Assembly (NCBI GenBank): GCA_043747615.1
Contig: JAYTOU010000029.1
Coordinates: 1-64,000 of the forward strand
Source: Myxococcales bacterium
GTDB taxonomy: Bacteria > Myxococcota_A > Polyangia > Polyangiales > Polyangiaceae
Length of the DNA stretch: 64,000 nt
Reading direction: 5' to 3'
Each line of letters opens with the position of its first letter. Positions within the stretch are counted from its first letter, which is position 1. Below the pieces are notes generated by a model. That model worked only from the letters and a program-made list of their open reading frames with translations, had not been told where the DNA came from and searched no databases. Of the stretch, positions 39,753 to 47,657 are shown piece after piece. A program made the translations under genes and the position numbers.

Positions 39753-40693
39753 GGCGAAAGCCTCTGGATTTCGGCCGCCGTCGTGAACTCGGGACTGGCC
39801 TCGAAGTCGTTCGAGACGATGCGCGCGACGGTGGTGAAGCAATCGGTCATGAAGACGAAGGAGCGTACGGCGGGGAGCGAGGTGCTGGTGCGCACCACGT
39901 TCACTCGCAGGACGTGGAACGTGCCAAAGGGCGTTTTCAGTGAGCCCGTTGCATCGACCTTGCTGCTGTAGCTCTCGGTATAAAAGACCGAGGTGCCCTG
40001 GGCCGTGCCCGACGCATTCGAGGTCGTCGTCCAGGTCGCGCCTTTCTGAAGCGGGAAGGCGAGCGTGCTGATAGGCGTCGCGTAGGTGATCTTGGTCTGC
40101 GGGCCGGCGTCGGGCGAGTCTGGAGATACGACGCCGAGGAGAAGAAGCGAGCTCGGCGTGGTCTGGAACACTCCAAGGAAAGTTGCGCTGTCGCTCAAGC
40201 GCGCGGTGTACGTCGCGCTCGGGAATGAGCTCGAGAACGACTGCCCGCCGGGGGCCGCGGTGTCGATGACGAGCGTGTGGTCGCCCATGAGCGCGCCGGA
40301 GTAGTCCCACGTGCGGCTGCCGTCGGGGTTCATGACGCCGGCGGTGGTGGGAATGGTCACGCTCCTCGCGACGGCGAAGGTGGCGTGCAGGCCAGGGCCG
40401 ACCGGCGCCTCGGCGCGGGTGATGACATCGTCCGTGTTTGGATCGCAGATCCCGTTCGAGCCGTCGATGCCCGCGTCGTTCATCACGACTTGCCCGTCCG
40501 CGCCCGTAGCGCCGTCGAGGTTCGGGCTTGCGTCTCCTCCGCTGGAGACGAAGCACGTTCCATCGCCCCCGCAAATCCCCGACGCGCAATCGGCGCCAAC
40601 TCTGCATGCAGCCGCAGGACTCGACGTGCCGCACGCGAAGAGAGAGAGCGAGGCGAGCGCGGCGACGGCGCGAAAGGAAAATTCAGTGCTCAC
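39749..40693 (-). CDS. Lipoprotein of unknown function (paralogue B)
   Basis: Lipobox LFAC; Cys module CRVGADCASGIC; CDPNTDDVITRAE; ends TDCFTTV..EIQRL. Confidence 0.8.
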   Translation of the reverse strand: MSTEFSFRAVAALASLSLFACGTSSPAAACRVGADCASGICGGDGTCFVSSGGDASPNLDGATGADGQVVMNDAGIDGSNGICDPNTDDVITRAEAPVGPGLHATFAVARSVTIPTTAGVMNPDGSRTWDYSGALMGDHTLVIDTAAPGGQSFSSSFPSATYTARLSDSATFLGVFQTTPSSLLLLGVVSPDSPDAGPQTKITYATPISTLAFPLQKGATWTTTSNASGTAQGTSVFYTESYSSKVDATGSLKTPFGTFHVLRVNVVRTSTSLPAVRSFVFMTDCFTTVARIVSNDFEASPEFTTAAEIQRLSP

Positions 40694-40722
40694 GTGGCTG
40701 AGACCTCTCCGGACGTTGGCCG

Positions 40723-40737
40723 ATGCTGCACTGCAAT
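40723..40737. promoter_or_regulatory. Putative PhaR operator
   Basis: ATGCTGCACTGCAAT contains TGC-N3-GCA, 30 bp upstream of the operon's first start codon. Confidence 0.7.
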
Positions 40738-40754
40738 ATCCCAGCGCGGACCGG

Positions 40755-40804
40755 AAGTTAGCGCCGGCAGAACAAGAGTCAAAGAGAATTTTGCACCGCA
40801 CAAT
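40755..40804 (-). promoter_or_regulatory. Sigma-70-type promoter of the PHA/envelope operon with upstream PhaR box
   Basis: Minus strand reads TGCGGTGCA-N9-TTGACT-N16-TAACTT. Confidence 0.65.
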
Positions 40805-40872
40805 AAATGCGCTCTGGGGCTTTGCGGATCACCTCAGTATCGGCTACGTACGCGCCACTGGGGAGCGTCGCC

Positions 40873-41394
40873 ATGCTCGTGAAAAAATACAGTAACCGTC
40901 GTCTCTACGACACCGTCGAGAGCCGCTACATCACGCTCGACGAGCTATCGTCGGCCATTCGCGCGGGCAACGACGTTCGGGTGGTCGATGCCAAGAGCGG
41001 CGCCGATCTCACGCAGGCCACGCTCGCCCAGATCATCCTCGAGAGCCGAGGCGGTACGCACCTCCTTCCGGTGCCGGTGCTCATGCAGCTCGTCCGCATG
41101 GGAGACGACGCGCTGGCCGAGTTTTTTGGGCGTTACGTGGCGTGGTCCCTCGAGCTGTACCTCCAGGCCAAGCAGGGCCTCCAGGCGGTCTCGCCGCTGA
41201 CGGCGCTCACCAATCCGGCCGCGTTCGCCACCCAAAATCCGCTCGCGCGCATGCTCTACGCCGCCGCCCCTTGGATGGAGCCTGCGCGCCCCCCGCGACG
41301 CCGCGCGGCCTCCGAGGATTCCGAGGTCGCCCAACTCCGTCGCGATCTCGACGAGCTCAAACGAAGCGTCGCTCCCCGCCGCAAGCGCTCCTAG
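40873..41394 (+). CDS. phaR: PHA accumulation regulator / repressor
   Basis: VKKYSNRRLYDT..RYITL..VVDAKSGADLTQATLAQII matches the PhaR DNA-binding domain. Confidence 0.93.
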   Translation: MLVKKYSNRRLYDTVESRYITLDELSSAIRAGNDVRVVDAKSGADLTQATLAQIILESRGGTHLLPVPVLMQLVRMGDDALAEFFGRYVAWSLELYLQAKQGLQAVSPLTALTNPAAFATQNPLARMLYAAAPWMEPARPPRRRAASEDSEVAQLRRDLDELKRSVAPRRKRS

Positions 41395-41420
41395 AGCGAC
41401 GATTCGGAGCGGCGATTTCG

Positions 41421-41475
41421 AAATTGTTGCAGTGCAACAATTTTGGGTTGACTCTGCGGAGCGCGGACTTATTGT
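41421..41475 (+). promoter_or_regulatory. Perfect palindromic PhaR operator plus sigma-70-type promoter of the phasin gene
   Basis: AAATTGTTGCA-G-TGCAACAATTT (41421..41443), then TTGACT-N16-TATTGT (41448..41475). Confidence 0.8.
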
Positions 41476-41528
41476 CCGACGCGGCTGGGCAACAACGCCC
41501 GGTCATTTCCCACTCAACGGAGGATCAC

Positions 41529-41795
41529 ATGACCGACAATATCTTTACGCAGATGCAGCAAAATATGGGTCTTTGGACGAAGGCGTGGGACGAGCATCTT
41601 GCCCGCATGAACGCCATCTCCGAGGAAGTCGCGAAGTTCGAGAACAAGGGCGTCGCGCAGGCGGCCACCGCGGTCGACGAGATGGCGAAGATGACGCGGG
41701 AGTCGCTCGCCTACGGATCGCTCATCGCCGCCGAGTGGCGCAAAGTCACCCTCGACGCGGCGAAGCGGACCACGGACATGCTCTCCGGTCGCTGA
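41529..41795 (+). CDS. Phasin-like amphipathic helical protein
   Basis: GGAGG RBS; 88 aa, all-helical pattern; lies downstream of phaR behind a PhaR box. Confidence 0.72.
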   Translation: MTDNIFTQMQQNMGLWTKAWDEHLARMNAISEEVAKFENKGVAQAATAVDEMAKMTRESLAYGSLIAAEWRKVTLDAAKRTTDMLSGR

Positions 41796-41806
41796 CCTTC
41801 ACGTCC

Positions 41807-42850
41807 TCACCACTTTCCAACGGTCTCCGTCCAGGTCACGACGGCGATCAGCGTGAGCATCATCAAGAGCCCGATGGCGTGCACCTGGGCCTCTACCTTT
41901 GCATCGGGCTTGCGACGCGACGCCGCTTCGAAACCGAGGAAAAGTAGGCGCCCGCCATCGAGGGCGGGGATCGGCAGAAGATTGAATCCGCCGAGGTACG
42001 CGCTCAGCGCTCCCAGGAACTTGAACGTGTCGCCGGCACCGCTCTTCACCTGCGCGGCGGTCTCCCGCACGATGCCCACTGGGCCGCTGAGCTCTGCTTT
42101 CTCTTTTCCGGTGATGAGCCTCGCGAGCCCCTTCACCAGGTTGTAGACGACCTTGGGCGGCTCACTGACGCTGAGCCACGCAGCCTCGGCCACGCCCACC
42201 TTGACGACCGTGAAGTACGGGCCGACTTGGATCTTGCCGGAGTACTTTTCGCCCTTGGGCGCGGGGGTCGGATGCCTGTGGAGCTGCTCGCCTGCACGTT
42301 CGACGAGGACGTCGATCTCCTCGCCCGGGTGCCGCCCGACGAAGAGCTTCAAGTCTTCCCAGGTGTGGACCTGCTCGGAATTGATGGCGAGGATTTTGTC
42401 CCCCTCGCGGATGTCGGCCGCTTGCGCTGCGCCGCCCGGACCGACCATCACCCGCATGCTCGTCTCTTCGACGTTGAGACGGCCGCCGATCATGAAGCCG
42501 ATGAAAAAAAGCACGGACGCGAAGAAGTAGTTCGCAAGCGGCCCGCCCGCGATGGTGACGACCCGCGCCCAGAGCGAAGCGTTCGAGTAGTTCCCCTTGT
42601 CCTTCGGATCGTTCTCCTCGAAGGGGTTCATCCCTGCGATTTGCACGTAGGCAAGGAAGGGGATGATCGCGATCTGGTAGACGGTCGGGCTCCCCTTGGG
42701 CTGGTGCTTGAGTAGCGTGGGCCCGAAGCCGATCGAAAACTTGATTACCCGCATTCCGAACTTGCGAGCGGCAAAGTAGTGGCCGCTCTCGTGTACGACC
42801 ATCAGAACGGCTAGGCCGAGCGCAGCAAGAAAATAGGGGGCGGCGGACAT
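41807..42850 (-). CDS. rseP: RIP metalloprotease RseP (M50 plus PDZ)
   Basis: HESGH, FSIGFGP, AGGPLAN and NLLPIPALDGG motifs. Confidence 0.95.
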   Translation of the reverse strand: MSAAPYFLAALGLAVLMVVHESGHYFAARKFGMRVIKFSIGFGPTLLKHQPKGSPTVYQIAIIPFLAYVQIAGMNPFEENDPKDKGNYSNASLWARVVTIAGGPLANYFFASVLFFIGFMIGGRLNVEETSMRVMVGPGGAAQAADIREGDKILAINSEQVHTWEDLKLFVGRHPGEEIDVLVERAGEQLHRHPTPAPKGEKYSGKIQVGPYFTVVKVGVAEAAWLSVSEPPKVVYNLVKGLARLITGKEKAELSGPVGIVRETAAQVKSGAGDTFKFLGALSAYLGGFNLLPIPALDGGRLLFLGFEAASRRKPDAKVEAQVHAIGLLMMLTLIAVVTWTETVGKW

Positions 42851-42899
42851 TTTCTTAGTCTAAGGCGAGAGGCGCGTCCTTGCCACGAATGGCGCAAAA

Positions 42900-43499
42900 T
42901 CACATGAAGGAGACGCCCACAGACAGGCTCGGGTAGCCAACGCGCATGGTCAGGGCGACGTGCTCGCTGAAGTGGTAGCGCCCGCCCACGTAGAACGCCG
43001 GCCCGACACTGGTGGTCGTCGGCTCACTGCAAAATCGTCCGTTGCCGAACTGGTTGCAGAAGCTCGTGTCGATGAAAGCGTGCCAAATGTAGAGGCCCGG
43101 CTCGCCGAAGACGCTCCAGTGCTCGGCCACGAAAAAATTCCACTGCATGACCGCGGGAATGAAGATGTAGTTCGCGCCGCAGTTTCCGTTGTACTGGAAG
43201 CCGTAGTCGTAGCAGCCGCTGTAGTGGACGAAATCCAGTCCGAAGCCGATGGCGACGCTGTTGTTGATCGTCTTGACGAAGCCGTCCTGGACGATGGGGA
43301 TCGAAACCCGCCCGCCGATGCCGATGCCCGTGGAGCCGTACCCGTTCCCCCAACCGAGGAGGAGGTGAGGCTCGACCTCGACGGAATAGTGCGGGTGATC
43401 CCCGGGGTGTTTGATCGTGTCGTCAGCGTGGGCGACGGACGGCAGAGCGAGGAGAGCGGCAAGGGGGGCTGCCCATTTCAGCGTCGACGAAAAGCTCAT
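42900..43499 (-). CDS. Small outer-membrane beta-barrel hypothetical protein
   Basis: Signal peptide (AHA), amphipathic aromatic strands, ends VGVSFM; GGAGG RBS. Confidence 0.8.
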   Translation of the reverse strand: MSFSSTLKWAAPLAALLALPSVAHADDTIKHPGDHPHYSVEVEPHLLLGWGNGYGSTGIGIGGRVSIPIVQDGFVKTINNSVAIGFGLDFVHYSGCYDYGFQYNGNCGANYIFIPAVMQWNFFVAEHWSVFGEPGLYIWHAFIDTSFCNQFGNGRFCSEPTTTSVGPAFYVGGRYHFSEHVALTMRVGYPSLSVGVSFM

Positions 43500-43514
43500 G
43501 CCCTCCAGTATCGT

Positions 43515-44312
43515 TCATTTGCTCATTTTTCGCGCGTCTGTCTGTGGCGGTGCGGTTGTAACGGGGACTTGAAGCGGACGAAGGACGCCATTTTTCCCTT
43601 CCGGCCCCATGTCGGTACCAAGCGGCGGGGTCACCTTGGTCCGGACCCAGATGCCATCGCGTGTGCTCCGCACCATGCCTTCGCGCTCGAACTTTGCGAG
43701 AAGGCGGCTCACCGTCTCGGTGGTCGCGTTGACCATGCACGCGATGTCGCGACGACGAAGCGGCAAAGCAACGAAGCGACCTTGCCCATGAGGCGTGCCG
43801 TGAGCGCGGGCCAGGCTATCGAGAAGATGCTTCACCCGCTCGTCGACCGAGCCAGACACGAGCTCGTCGATGCGCCGCACGTGGGCGCGCACGCTCTTCG
43901 CCGCTTGCAGAAGGAAGAAACGGGCGAGCGCGGGGGAGCGCGAGACTAGGCTCATCACGGCCGCGGCTTCGAAGACGATCAGATGGGACGAGCGGAGCGT
44001 GATGACGCCGGCCGTGGCGGGCTGTCCATCAATTGCAGAGACATCGCACACGAACGAAGGCGCGCGCATCACGTCGATCACCACGGGATCGGCGCCATCG
44101 ACGCCCGAGCGGCGGATCACCTTTGCAGCCCCGCGCATCAGCGCGACGACGCTCTCTGAAACGACCCGCTGTTCGAGGATCTCGTACCCCGCGGGAACCT
44201 GGCGCTGCGTTGCTGCCATCGCGAGCTCGCGGACGTCGTCGTCTGCGACTTCCTCGAACCCCGGCATTTGCCGGAGCTCCGATGCAACATCGATTGTGAG
44301 CGTAATGGCCAT
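43515..44312 (-). CDS. Crp/Fnr-family transcriptional regulator
   Basis: cNMP-like domain plus HTH LRRRDIACMVNATTETVSRLL. Confidence 0.9.
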   Translation of the reverse strand: MAITLTIDVASELRQMPGFEEVADDDVRELAMAATQRQVPAGYEILEQRVVSESVVALMRGAAKVIRRSGVDGADPVVIDVMRAPSFVCDVSAIDGQPATAGVITLRSSHLIVFEAAAVMSLVSRSPALARFFLLQAAKSVRAHVRRIDELVSGSVDERVKHLLDSLARAHGTPHGQGRFVALPLRRRDIACMVNATTETVSRLLAKFEREGMVRSTRDGIWVRTKVTPPLGTDMGPEGKNGVLRPLQVPVTTAPPQTDARKMSK

Positions 44313-44323
44313 ATCGGTTGTTA

Positions 44324-44339
44324 TGCGTTGAGCGTGCCG
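44324..44339 (-). promoter_or_regulatory. Putative sigma-54 promoter of the Crp/Fnr gene
   Basis: CGGCACGCTCAACGCA fits GG-N10-GC with a GGCACG core. Confidence 0.5.
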
Positions 44340-44476
44340 AGGCGTGCCCGCGCCGTCCAAGCTGTACGAACGAGGGCGACAAGAGTATCGGAGCAAATAT
44401 GCGTTGCGATCCTATCCCCGCAAGCGGGGTCCGACGCGGTCGCGTGCGAAAAGCTCAGAATCATTCATCAAACAGC

Positions 44477-46468
44477 GTGAGCGAGATCAGGCCCGCGCGC
44501 ATTCTTTCATTTTCGGGGATCGTCCTCGCGCTGCTTTCGGCAGGCCCCGCGCGGGCGGATGACGATGTCGTCGTTCGCGGGTCCGACGTGCAGGGATTTA
44601 CGTCGCGTGCAAATGTCGACGACGCGCGCCGTGAGGTCACTGACGCGGCCAGCTTGGTGGAGGCTCTCCCCGGGGTCCACGTGCGCCGCTCCGGAGGGGA
44701 CGACAGCTTCAGCACCATCTCCGTGCGTGGCTCGGGCTCGAACCAAGTGGCGATTTACCTCGCAGGCGTGCCTCTCTCCGGCGGCGCCGACCCCTCCCTC
44801 GACCTTTCCAGTCTGCCCTTGTGGCCCGGGGCGCGTGCCCGTGTTTACCGCTCTTTTGCCCCCGCAGCACTCGGTCCCGGATCGCTCGGCGGAACCCTCG
44901 TTCTCGATCCGCCCCGACCTGCGGGACCGGCGAAGACGGAGGTGTGGGGTGCAGTGGGATCGTTCGGATCGCGACGGCTGCGCGCCGCCGATGATCGCCC
45001 CTTCGCCTGGGGTGACGATGGTCCAGCGCATATCGTGACGTCGCTCACGGCCTCGCGATCGGATGACGATTTCAGTTATTACGACGAGCGGAGCGGAGGC
45101 TTAATCCCCCTGACGAACGCGGGTCACACCGCGGTGCACGGGCTGGTCAGCGTCGTTCGCCCCGTCGCATGGACGCGGAGCGCGATGGGAAGCGTGCGTC
45201 TCACCACGATGGCGCAAGCGCGGCGGTCGCACTTGCCCGGCACACGCTCCGCGCCGACCCCGGACGAGCAGCTCGACTCGTCGCGGTTGATCAGCGTCCT
45301 CGAGCTCACGGGTCCGCTCGGGCAGGGTGCGTGGAGCGCGCGCGCATGGGGGCGACGCGACGACGTGACGCTCCGGAGCAGCGCCGACGTCTTTACGCTC
45401 GCGCTCACGCACACCGAAGATGCGCTCGTCGCCGCGGGCGGATCGCTTGGTTGGCGAGGCCGTCCGACCAAGACTCTCACGGTCGACGCGCGCATAGACG
45501 CGAGCGGCGAGCGCTTTGCACCCGGGACGTACCTCGGCCCTCCGCAGGCATCACCGGCGAGCAGAGTGAGCACGGGCCTCGGTGCCGACGCCGTCTTTCG
45601 AGCGAGCGACGCATGGAGCTTCGCCGCGAGCGGACGCACCGATTTTCAGCAAGACGGCGCGACGACGGAGAGCAAATCGGAAGCGCGCCCCACCGGCCAC
45701 CTCGGCACCGAAGTCTCGATCGGTCCGGTGGTGGCCTCCGCGCACGGCGGCGCGCTCGCCCGCCCGCCGAGCTTCGTCGAGCGCTTTGGAACGCGCGGCA
45801 CATTTCTCGGTGACCCCGCGCTACGGAGCGAGTCGGCGTGGACGAGCGATGCCGGCGTGCGCGTCAGTGCGGGAAGGGGACACGCGCGCTTGTCCTCGGA
45901 GCTCGTCGGCTTCGGCACGTGGGCGACCGATCTCATTACTTTCGTGCCGGTCGGCGCTTTCGGCCGTCCGAAGGCGACCAACATCGGGGCGGCGCGTCTC
46001 TTCGGCGTCGAGCTCGCCCTCGACCTCGTGGTTCACATGTTCGATCTGCATGTATCTTACACGGGTCTCACGACCGCCAACGAGAGCGCCTGTGCTGCCA
46101 CCTCCGGGCCTTGCGAGCGGCCTCCCTTGCCGCTTCGCCCCGAGCACGACGTGGTCGGCGATCTCGGGATCGCCCTCGGCCCCGCGCGCATTCGCTACGG
46201 CGTCGACGGCATGAGTGGCATGCGCGGCGATCTGGCGGGCGATCTGAGGGTCCCTCCGCGCGTCGTCCAATCCGCCGGGGTGCGCCTCGATGTGCCGCAC
46301 GTGCGTGGGCTCCGCCTCTCCTTCGACCTACGGAATCTCTTCGACGTCCGCACCGCAACCTATAACGGCGCGTTCGGCAGCGTGCGCGAGCCGATCGGCG
46401 ACTCCGTCCAGTACCCACTCCCGGGACGAAGCTTCCTTTTCACCGCGCGCTGGGTGAGCCCGAACTAG
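44477..46468 (+). CDS. TonB-dependent receptor (BtuB-like)
   Basis: Signal peptide (ARA), plug LPGVHV..ISVRGS..QVAIYLAGVP, LRSE, and NLFD..LPGRSF C-terminus. Confidence 0.88.
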   Translation: MSEIRPARILSFSGIVLALLSAGPARADDDVVVRGSDVQGFTSRANVDDARREVTDAASLVEALPGVHVRRSGGDDSFSTISVRGSGSNQVAIYLAGVPLSGGADPSLDLSSLPLWPGARARVYRSFAPAALGPGSLGGTLVLDPPRPAGPAKTEVWGAVGSFGSRRLRAADDRPFAWGDDGPAHIVTSLTASRSDDDFSYYDERSGGLIPLTNAGHTAVHGLVSVVRPVAWTRSAMGSVRLTTMAQARRSHLPGTRSAPTPDEQLDSSRLISVLELTGPLGQGAWSARAWGRRDDVTLRSSADVFTLALTHTEDALVAAGGSLGWRGRPTKTLTVDARIDASGERFAPGTYLGPPQASPASRVSTGLGADAVFRASDAWSFAASGRTDFQQDGATTESKSEARPTGHLGTEVSIGPVVASAHGGALARPPSFVERFGTRGTFLGDPALRSESAWTSDAGVRVSAGRGHARLSSELVGFGTWATDLITFVPVGAFGRPKATNIGAARLFGVELALDLVVHMFDLHVSYTGLTTANESACAATSGPCERPPLPLRPEHDVVGDLGIALGPARIRYGVDGMSGMRGDLAGDLRVPPRVVQSAGVRLDVPHVRGLRLSFDLRNLFDVRTATYNGAFGSVREPIGDSVQYPLPGRSFLFTARWVSPN

Positions 46469-46489
46469 CGTGCCTCAACGCGCTCAAAC

Positions 46490-47572
46490 TCAAGGCATGG
46501 AGTGGGCGATGAAAAAATTAACCATGGTGTCCGTCGCGCTGATGTCGGTGCTCGTTTTTCCGAGGAAGGGCACGGGGACGCCGCCCGGCCACGTGTGGCC
46601 TCCCTGATCGATCTTGCAGAGGGTGACGTCGCTTCCGCCGCGGCATTCGGACCACTCATTGCAGGTCGCGTCGCCCTTTTGGTAGATCACGTGCGAGCTC
46701 TCGAGGCAGCCGTCCTTAGTGCGCCAGACGTCGTTCGACTCGTTGGCCGAGCGGAAGGTGATCGGTCCACCAAAGTTGACCGGCGAGATCGGAGTGCCGC
46801 CGTTGAAAGGAACGACGGGGTCGCTCGTGCCGTGAAATTGCAGGATGGGAACGGGCCTCGACGGATGACACTGATCGGCCGGAACTCCCTGCGCGCCTGC
46901 CACCGGAGCAACCGCGGCAAAGACGTCCGCCATGTCGCACGCCAGGCGGTAGGAAAAAAACCCGCCGTTCGACATCCCCGTGGCGTAGACACGCTTGGGG
47001 TCGAGGCAGTAGTCGCCCCCGACCTTGGCGAGGAGGTCCTTCACGAACTTCACGTCGTCGACGCTGTTCGTCCAGGCGTCGCCGCAGCAATCGCCCGCGT
47101 TCCAGCTGGCGCCGACGCCGTCGGGGTAGACCACGATGAAATTCCGTTTGTCTGCCACCGGGTTCATCCGCGCGAGCACGATCTCCTCGAGCGCGTTGGA
47201 CGTGAATCCGTGGAAATTGAAGACGATCATGGATCCGAGCGAAGGATCGTACGACGCCGGCACGTGAAGAAACGCAGAGCGGGGCAGACCGTTCGAGGTG
47301 AGGGCCAGCGTATGCTCGCCGGTGCCACCCACCCTGCCGGAGCAGCGGTATGGACCGCTCGAGACTCCGCCGTCTGCGTCGAATGACGGGGCGCCGTGCG
47401 GAGCGTTGCTCGGATCGGGATCGCTCGTGGGCCACGCGCTCGAGAGCGTAGCGTCGGCCACCCCTGCGTCGGCGCCGATGCCGCTGCCCTCCCAGTGCCC
47501 AACGACGTTCCCCTCCGACCCGCAGCCGAGGAGGAGCGCGATGCCCGCTGGAAGGAGGAAATGCCGCAGCAT
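46490..47572 (-). CDS. Esterase lipoprotein, PHB-depolymerase/LpqP family
   Basis: Lipobox LLGC; NFHG, WNAGDCC, GMSNGG, HGTSDPVVP and GGHTWPG motifs. Confidence 0.9.
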   Translation of the reverse strand: MLRHFLLPAGIALLLGCGSEGNVVGHWEGSGIGADAGVADATLSSAWPTSDPDPSNAPHGAPSFDADGGVSSGPYRCSGRVGGTGEHTLALTSNGLPRSAFLHVPASYDPSLGSMIVFNFHGFTSNALEEIVLARMNPVADKRNFIVVYPDGVGASWNAGDCCGDAWTNSVDDVKFVKDLLAKVGGDYCLDPKRVYATGMSNGGFFSYRLACDMADVFAAVAPVAGAQGVPADQCHPSRPVPILQFHGTSDPVVPFNGGTPISPVNFGGPITFRSANESNDVWRTKDGCLESSHVIYQKGDATCNEWSECRGGSDVTLCKIDQGGHTWPGGVPVPFLGKTSTDISATDTMVNFFIAHSMP

Positions 47573-47657
47573 GGCCGCATGACTTAGCAGGGGGCCATCA
47601 ACGGTGCTAGCGTCCGCGTCCCAATATTCCCCACTGCCAAAACAAACGAGAACGCAA

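Noticed and set aside
38835..40634. 599-aa ORF suggesting a long N-terminal extension on the hydrolase
   Set aside because: The extension is an Arg-rich off-frame overlap of lipoprotein B. The start at 39752 gives a signal peptide and an ATGA overlap.
44313..44476. Cobalamin riboswitch upstream of the TonB receptor
   Set aside because: No B12-box or conserved core is visible; only a short CCCCG-CAAG-CGGGG hairpin is present.
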